Shown: one piece after another, positions 56,729-64,000 of the stretch
Layout: every line of letters begins with the position of its first letter
Position numbering within the stretch: position 1 is the stretch's first letter
DNA from: Picochlorum sp. SENEW3
Lineage: Eukaryota
DNA length: 64,000 nucleotides
Assembly: GCA_034226945.1 (NCBI GenBank)
Contig: CP120453.1
Location: 930,001-994,000, forward strand
Direction of reading: 5' to 3'
The notes under the pieces: model-generated
Database searches by the model: none
What the model was told of the DNA's origin: nothing
What the model saw: only the letters and a program-made list of their open reading frames with translations
Position numbers and translations under genes: made by a program

Positions 56729-58747
56729 TCATTGGCAACTGACACACTTCAAATCTCCATTGCCTTGTGCTGTCTGAAGTGATACATTATCTGGGAGTTC
56801 GTCTTCTGTTTTCATGACAATGTCCAAGCAATTCATTCTTTGTTTCTTCTTCGGTAGTGGCAGAACATCTTGACCCCCCTGTGTATTATCTTCTGATGGA
56901 ATAATATGGACATGATCTTTCTCCAACAAGGTGTCCAGGTCTATTGAGTCTGCCAATTTGATGCGAATCTTGGCACATTTTTCGCGCCACTCGGGCCATT
57001 CTGATGAATTCGTTTCTTTTTGTACCCATGGGACGCCGGGTAATCGCACGCCTCTGTGAGATAAGATTTTGGCAACCACATTTGCTTCTGCAATTGCAAA
57101 GCCAAATTTTTCCTGTGAAGGAGGTGGGAGTGGCTCCCCTTGTGGATGAAATGCCGGTAAATAAGCGTGATTTGGGCAGTACATTGCAGGCATGACAACC
57201 TTTTGGACGCCACATACATGAAGGCATTGCTCCAGCTTGGACAAAAGGGCCATTCCTGCTTTGCAACCTCGGATCTCTTGTCGAGACGTTATCAACGGAA
57301 TTTCAGCCATGCTCTCCCCTAATAATCTAAAACAACAGACAGAAGCAACTGTCGAATCAACATACAACACAGCGACAAAAACGTCAGAGAAGTCAACCCA
57401 TGGACGTTTGGACTCTCCTTTCAGCATCATGGAAATCAAATCTGTCCCGGTTCTGGAATCCCACAATTCATCGTAGGAATCTCTTAGTATGTATAAGCAC
57501 GAGGATAAGATTCTTCGCAGCGATTCCTTGTGCTGGTCGCTATATTTTGGTACAACCCCTTGTGCTTCTTCAGAAGAGGCAGCAGCAGCAGGATGAATGA
57601 TTTGAAATGACATCGTCGCTCCACATGCATACTTTCCCACATGTATTGCACCTTTGGAGCAAAATGAAACTACTTTCTCCAACACATGCTCCTCCGTACC
57701 ATGGTACCACGCTATCCCAGCGTTGGCAAGCTTCGCAAAGCCTTTCACACAGGCAGCATGGGCCCATGTTCCACAAGCGGATTTCACAACGTCCCAGGGC
57801 ATCATCATCATGGTATCAGTTTGTTCAACTCCATTTTCCTTGACATCAAAATTCTTCAGGAACGTATCAGGCAATTGAGTACCCAAATATACTTTCTCAT
57901 CATGATCCTTTGTCCCCTCTGGTTTGTCATCATAGTCCTCTGTCTCCATTCTGATTCTCAAGCGCTTTCTATTTGGTACATTCAAAATATCATTGTACTC
58001 ATGGCACGAAGAAGCCTCACGCCCACAATCAGCCTCACCATAATACACACGTGGGCAAACACTTGGTGAATTGTCTTTATGAAGCGCCTTTTGGCAAACA
58101 GCACATCGACACCCTGGGCAGAACCACTCTCTATCAGAATCCGAGTCGCTTACGCCAGCACATGGGGCATGCGTGGTGACGGGACACGTCTCACAGCATA
58201 GCAAATTCCCCTGCACACAAGAGCAAGACATATCATGTACAGATCTGATCAGATACCCAATGTATACAGGACACCGCACCCCAAATCCACAGTATGCACA
58301 GTAATCGTCATGGTCATCCGCGATGAGCGATTTGCTTCCATCCATCCGTTTCTTCTGTCGCTCAGAGTTTATCTCGCCCAGACAGTCCTCTACCGTTTTC
58401 CCACTCGGCAAGACAATGCATTCTATCGAGTGTGATTGAGCTGCATTAAATGCAATATATCGATAAATCACACTATATTGTACTGATGGAGAAGCCAACT
58501 AGGACATCGCCGGCAAAGAAAATAGAATTACCGACCGACGACATCCGTAACCTTACGACATACCTGCTATTTTCTCAAATTGAGTCAAATTTACAGGTTT
58601 ATCAGTCTTTCCTGGTACTAATATACCGTTATCAACAACTTTTCCAACTAATACGGTGTTTCTGTGCGTATCCAGGCAACGGAGAACATCCCCGTTGGAG
58701 ACATCCTCTCTCGCCAACAGATTGGCGATAGATGCCCTCTTAAGCAT
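56729..58747 (-). CDS. IDM1/ROS4-like chromatin protein: TDBD-like + PHD finger + GNAT acetyltransferase (exons 58747-58564, 58440-58280, 58210-56729)
   Basis: NGIL...LTQFEKIA...IVLPSGKTV. Spliced PHD CAYCGFGGNLLCCETCP..HAPC...WFCPGCRC. GNAT D.RTGTDLI..ML...DFS..FVAVL...AEIPLITSR...VVMPA. Confidence 0.8.
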
Positions 58748-58929
58748 GTCAATATGTCATTAAAAAGTTAAAAATAGATATACTCGCCTAAAGGGGATAT
58801 TTGGGCAATGTTCACCCTAGCATGGTGAAGGTCAATCCTGCACGACTGTTGGTCCACGCTCCTGAATGCCTCAATTGATGGGTGGATGGATTGGGATTGG
58901 AATGTACGTGCATGGTGCGGATCAATGTA

Positions 58930-61887
58930 TTACACGGCACTAATGTTCATGATATCATCATCGTCCTCTTCATCGGCCTTGGCGCTCTTTGTAGCAGCAT
59001 CATCTTCACAGATTGTACTGCTACTGGGGACTTCTTTGACCATGTCCAGAGATGGCCGCCCCAAATACCGATTGGTCATGCTTTTGATTGGCGAATCGCA
59101 TAACCTGGTGTCTTCCTCGTGTGTGATGTTGTCTGCTGTCTCCAAAGCCTTCTTTGCTAGATCAACATCGCTTGATATCCTATGGTAGAAGAGGACATAT
59201 GCTGCTGAGGATTGAACAGACCGCGTATTCATCTCGCTCACATTACTGTCGTCAAAGTCATACCATTTTTGGTCATCTGGCATTTGACAGAAGGCTGTGT
59301 AGTGGCCTCCACCCATGCCTCCGTAGTGATTACTGACGGCATACAGATCATAAATGGGTTCGGCTTCCTGTGGCTGTGTATCAGAGCCAGAACTCAATTT
59401 TATCTTCTTTGATGATGCAACCGAAGGATTTAGCAGATATTCTGACATGTCCAAATTGTGCAATGGGAACTCGATTTCTGTATCCAACTTATCTCTTGAA
59501 TACCTCGAGTAGGAGAATCGCTTCAAGTGTACCACGAGAACATCTGGTAGATGCCATAGATCAAGTTTTTTGATTGCTCGTACGTGATCTTTGCACTTGC
59601 TACAGTACCAGGTGTCAGATGCATCCAGCTGTTCAGGCTGACAGAATCCTTCCAAGCAATCTTTCAAGGTTGCTTTGAATGGCGTATTGGCCTGATTTTC
59701 TGTGGCTTTGACACTTTCATGTTCGAGAACAGGCTCCTGGACAACAGTGAGGCTGTGTGGCTTGAAGTTTTCCCATTCAGCACACAAGAAAATTGGAGAT
59801 GGGTCGGCGTCGCTACCAATATCAGGAGCTGAATTTATCCATGTATACTTTGGTTGGCCACTACTGCTCCCAAATAGCAGCGTGTGTGTCTTCTCAATGT
59901 CCATCTCAGTGCTGCTCTCAACAGGTTCAGGCGCATCAATCCTCTGCTCAGAAATATTTTGAAATTTTTCTATCGCATGAGAAAGAGTCTTGTCTGGTAC
60001 AACTTCCCAATAACCACTCTTCTCAGCTTTTTTCACCGTCAATTCCTCAGAGGTGCCCTTTGGCAGGAAGAACAAGGATGGAATGCCACAATCTACTCCA
60101 TTGTTTCTGTGATACACAAGAACAGGTCTTCCTGCTATTGAAGGCCTCACACAGTCCCCTGTATACCTAAACACGAACAGCTTGTATGTGCGCGATGATA
60201 AAAAAGATAATGTTCTCTTCTCGGGTATGACACCCACTGATGCATCCTGATCCAGAAACACATCTAATCTACTCCCTGTCCATTGCGTTATCGCCCATTC
60301 TTGTTCTTCTACTTGTGTTCCAGAATATTCAGTATATGTCTTTTCAATCTCACGAATGAGATCTCGAATACTAGACTCCTTGGAAACACGTACAGCCAAT
60401 TCCACAGCATTAGCCTTTTGAAATTGTTCCACAATGGTGACCACAAACGTCCTCCTTTGAGGTGAGGGCAACGGAAGGGAGAGATACATGAATGGGTCAA
60501 ATTTGACCGACGTGTAATTGCAGTTTGGGCATCTCAGGGTGGATTTGTACAGACCCTGAAATTTGTCCACTACTACTGAATCATTTCTAGCTCGATAATT
60601 TGCCCAAGCCTCTGCTGCCACCTCCTCATCTGGGCGCCCATCTGCGTCCTTTTCCTCAATATATGGCTTATCTTTTATTCGGTTCAAATCCTCATGCAGG
60701 CCATCTAGCAAAAATGCCAACAATTCCTGGCTATCTTGCTGAGAATAGCCCCCAAATTGAGGGGCAAACTTGGCTAATTGCCATTTGAAATGCTTTGGCG
60801 TGATATATTCTACGCCAGGTTTCCACATTTTCGATATCAGACTTCCAAACGCACTTGCAAGCTTCCCGCCCAATCCAAGAGGGTTCGCAGCATTCAAGTC
60901 ATCCTTATACTTTCCACTCAGAAATGCATACATCAATGACGGAGTATGGCATAAGCATTGGAGACTGGAATTCATAAAGCACGTATTACCTAAATTAGAT
61001 AGTCCAGATAACCCTCTACGATCACGTGAACCTGTGTACACACTATCCTCTGCCCAAATTGGAACAGGACCAAAACTCCTGCTCAGGGGACTGTCAGTGC
61101 TGAGAGGACTCAGAGCCATCGATCCTCTCCCTGGACTGCGTAGCCCCACACGAGGGCTCGACACAGCATTGCCATACTGAATCACATCCTCTGAAGAAAA
61201 ACGGGGTATATTGATGCCAAGTGATGGTTTTGGCGTACTCACCTCACTTTGAGACACCATCCCACCCCTTTTTGATGGCTCCAACTCATCCCGGGCTTCA
61301 CCATCCTTTGACATACTCATAGGCGATGTCACATCCTCTACTTTCTCTACACCATGCACGTCAACCGTCACGTCTCCACTCTGTGCATCTTTCTGGTAGT
61401 ATCTCACAATTTCATGGCTTTGGCTCTGAATCCCATACCAATCCTTCAAAAGGTTCCACGCTGGCTTGTGTAAGAAGAAAAAATCCCTTCCTTCTACAAG
61501 ATTGCTCTTGACAGACACATCTGTTGTAATTTTCTGTGCATCAGTGTCTCCACCATCCTCACAGGGATGAAAAATATCCCCATTATCAACACACCCAGGA
61601 CGCTCTGAAGAATCCGATTCTGCTGCATCATCTTCTACATCTCCAGACCGAGCATCTCCCTCAGATGCTTCTCGTGCCCATCGTGTCCTCTCGGCAAGTG
61701 TCCCAATATCAGCCATGGGGACTTTGGAGTATGAACACCACTTTCTCACCCAATCAGCACCCACCACATACACCTCATCGCCCTCACGAACCCCTTTACT
61801 TAATTTATCCAATTCAACACGTCGTAGTACCCTGCCCTCCTGCGATCCCGTCAATCGAGGAATGGAGATCGAATCGAGTAACGACAT
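58930..61887 (-). CDS. Ubiquitin carboxyl-terminal hydrolase, DUSP + C19 (USP4/11/15-like; plant UBP5/8-11 group)
   Basis: DUSP YVVGADWVRKW...PGCVDN..LVEGRDF. Cys box GLSNLGNTCFMNSSLQC, QQDSQE, LVVHLKRF and His box VSNHYGGMGGGHYTA. Confidence 0.95.
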   Translation of the reverse strand: MSLLDSISIPRLTGSQEGRVLRRVELDKLSKGVREGDEVYVVGADWVRKWCSYSKVPMADIGTLAERTRWAREASEGDARSGDVEDDAAESDSSERPGCVDNGDIFHPCEDGGDTDAQKITTDVSVKSNLVEGRDFFFLHKPAWNLLKDWYGIQSQSHEIVRYYQKDAQSGDVTVDVHGVEKVEDVTSPMSMSKDGEARDELEPSKRGGMVSQSEVSTPKPSLGINIPRFSSEDVIQYGNAVSSPRVGLRSPGRGSMALSPLSTDSPLSRSFGPVPIWAEDSVYTGSRDRRGLSGLSNLGNTCFMNSSLQCLCHTPSLMYAFLSGKYKDDLNAANPLGLGGKLASAFGSLISKMWKPGVEYITPKHFKWQLAKFAPQFGGYSQQDSQELLAFLLDGLHEDLNRIKDKPYIEEKDADGRPDEEVAAEAWANYRARNDSVVVDKFQGLYKSTLRCPNCNYTSVKFDPFMYLSLPLPSPQRRTFVVTIVEQFQKANAVELAVRVSKESSIRDLIREIEKTYTEYSGTQVEEQEWAITQWTGSRLDVFLDQDASVGVIPEKRTLSFLSSRTYKLFVFRYTGDCVRPSIAGRPVLVYHRNNGVDCGIPSLFFLPKGTSEELTVKKAEKSGYWEVVPDKTLSHAIEKFQNISEQRIDAPEPVESSTEMDIEKTHTLLFGSSSGQPKYTWINSAPDIGSDADPSPIFLCAEWENFKPHSLTVVQEPVLEHESVKATENQANTPFKATLKDCLEGFCQPEQLDASDTWYCSKCKDHVRAIKKLDLWHLPDVLVVHLKRFSYSRYSRDKLDTEIEFPLHNLDMSEYLLNPSVASSKKIKLSSGSDTQPQEAEPIYDLYAVSNHYGGMGGGHYTAFCQMPDDQKWYDFDDSNVSEMNTRSVQSSAAYVLFYHRISSDVDLAKKALETADNITHEEDTRLCDSPIKSMTNRYLGRPSLDMVKEVPSSSTICEDDAATKSAKADEEDDDDIMNISAV

Positions 61888-62091
61888 GCTCGCTCGTATG
61901 ACTACAGCACCCTCAGATCCGATTCTTCCATAAATAATTAATTCGATCAAGGGAATACGTCGACTCTTTCCGTAACTCTACCGAGATTCGTCAAAGGACT
62001 CTGTTCCAAAGCCAGTGGCAAACTCGTTACTACCAATGGCTATGGACAATCACTATGACGCTGCTAAAATATTTTTAAATAACTATACATA

Positions 62092-63159
62092 TCATTTGTA
62101 TTCCGTTTTGGCCATATAGCGGAGGCATCGGAGATGCTCCAGGAGCAACTCTTGTGAAGAATGACCAGCCCGTTCTGCATCTTGGGATGTCGTCACAAAT
62201 GTGTACATTGGGTCTGTACGCAGCACAGGATCCATCGCCTCGGATTTCATGTTGTACAGATTCACATGGCACGGGATTCCATGCTTCCTGCACAGCGCTA
62301 CCATGGCTCTCATTTCCTCCAGGTGTTCAACACCTATGTGCACAGAGACGACAGTCATATTGATTCATACGCAGCCACACACACACACGGTCAATATATA
62401 TATCATACCATGAACTTGGAATTGCCGCCGAGTTCCATGAAGTACAAGAAGCTGGCTCTCGTCACGATGCATTCTATTCCAGTGCAAGGCCATCCCCTTG
62501 ATGACATCATCATCCCAAATGTATGCACCTGGGCAATTCAAACCAACATCAACATAGTGAACTTGCCTGAGATTCTTCATAAATCTCACCCAATCCTCAT
62601 GCTCTGATGTAGAGGAAGACTGTGCCATGCTACTCATCTCTGTCAAAATCTGGTTCACCACCATCCCACCCTTGCTAAACCCAACCAAAGTCCACAAAAT
62701 ATCCTTGTCTATGTATCCCTTCACAAGCCCATACAAGTGACGACATGCCTTGTTTGTTCTACTTGTAAACACCCACTGTGGTTTGATGGAAGAACGCAGT
62801 CCTTTCCCATGGTACTTGATGTGATCACCAGCGACATCCCATGTGTCATATTCTATAAAATTATCATAGCAAGCAAAGCCTGCTTCGTACCGACACGGGT
62901 GAATGATCACAATGGTCTTTGCAGTAGGAAATGCCTTGGCAAGGACATGTTCGGCAATGTACGCATCATCAGTTCCCAACCGAATGATATCTGGATGGCA
63001 ACCATGAAAATGACCTACATCATCACCTACAAAATACACAACAAGGTTTGTATTTGCCTGAGATGGGTCTACCCGTGGCGTATGACGTTTGAAAATGAAA
63101 AGTTTGTTTACTCCGCCATCTGGACCACGAATGGTCTCAACAAGCGTCGTTGTGTCCAT
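62092..63159 (-). CDS. C2orf69/UPF0565-like alpha/beta-hydrolase-fold protein (exons 63159-62409, 62333-62092)
   Basis: VVYFVGD, FACYDNF, LVGFSKGGMVVNQI, HYVDVGLN.PGAY and LHGTRRQ. A phase-1 intron joins a C-terminal exon ending LLEHLRCL. Confidence 0.75.
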
Positions 63160-64000
63160 TTCATCTTTATTATATACTATCCTTATGAATTATTATATAT
63201 AGATGTGCGATGAGGGATGCGGAAAAGAAGAAGAGTGCATGAGAGCTGTGGTCTCGGTCGAAGGTGTAGATGATGGGAGGTGTGGTATACTGATCTGTCA
63301 AACGCTTGCTGTGATGGGAGAGTATCGCGTCGTGGAACCTGGCAGGGTGGCGAGTGCTGCTGTATGGTCGTCTCCGGGGTAGAGAGCCCCTCCTAGTGAA
63401 ATATCGGCAGTATATATGTGCATAAAATATACTCGAGTTGTTCCAGGTACTCTTGGTGCTGCGTTCCGGGAGATATTGGTCTCTGTTACGGCGAAAACAC
63501 CTCCGCGGGCGGAGCTGGTGACTGGTTGGACGACCACTGCTCGTGGTGTGTATTCCCCGAGACGGGCGATATACTGCCGAAAAATGGCATGGAAAATGTC
63601 ATCATAGGTATCGATAGTCGCAAGATAAACGCGAGATTGGTGCGTATTCTGCGTGCTGGTGGCAACTTGGCGGCAGTGGTTTGCCCTGCAGGCACACAAG
63701 GTAGGGTTCACACAAGGTATGGCCCGTTCTGCTCGTGGATGGCATCCATTGTGGATGCATCTCGTACACACGAATGATGGTATCAAGGTTATTATTATTA
63801 TTACAACATATCTGGAGGATGATGGATAGAGTGGAGTGTGACTGAATCTCATGGTATGAATGAAGCACTCTGCGAGCAATACAGTTACGGATCTATCTGA
63901 CAGATATATTTGTTGTATGCTCATCTTTCAATTGTTTTCTTGTCAGAATGCTGGGTGAAGAATATCACCACGTGTCAGGATTTCTGAAGTAACGCTTGTT

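Noticed and set aside
63239..63924. Overlapping ORFs on both strands near the window end, and a GGGGT-AGAGA-GCCCC hairpin reminiscent of RNase MRP P8
   Set aside because: No protein family recognised and no frame preferred. The conserved MRP/P CR-I and CR-V motifs are absent.

Overview
Gene-dense nuclear DNA of a eukaryote. The short GT-AG introns (mostly 60-110 nt), intergenic gaps of 2-500 bp, plastid-targeted proteins, a UVR8 gene and recurring TGTAA after stop codons point to a compact chlorophyte green alga (inference: Picochlorum-like trebouxiophyte). About 30 protein genes can be modelled, most of them housekeeping: eIF2-gamma, SYF1, RPB5, eIF2A, MCM3, DIS3, MED14, NTF2, FabG, PDH-E1beta, F2KP, NRAMP, OYE and a UBP. 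Several things are not visible in the ORF track: an H/ACA snoRNA (SNORA21/snR10-like by predicted targets) inside an eIF2-gamma intron, a spliced divergent cyclin-box gene, an OYE start codon apparently split by an intron, and other long, hairpin-rich introns. The most notable arrangements are (1) UVR8 directly upstream of a CofG-CofH FO/8-HDF synthase, with a RUP-like WD40 gene about 44 kb away, (2) an intronless block with a divergent pair of orphan DNA-binding genes (Zn finger-HIRAN-degenerate HNH-like; SAP) followed by a bacterial-looking ThDP decarboxylase, (3) an FCP1-like HAD domain fused to a Trf4-type poly(A) polymerase, and (4) a candidate bicistron (CMC2-PPCDC). All calls come from reading motifs by eye; no database search was run, and exon boundaries are hand-inferred.
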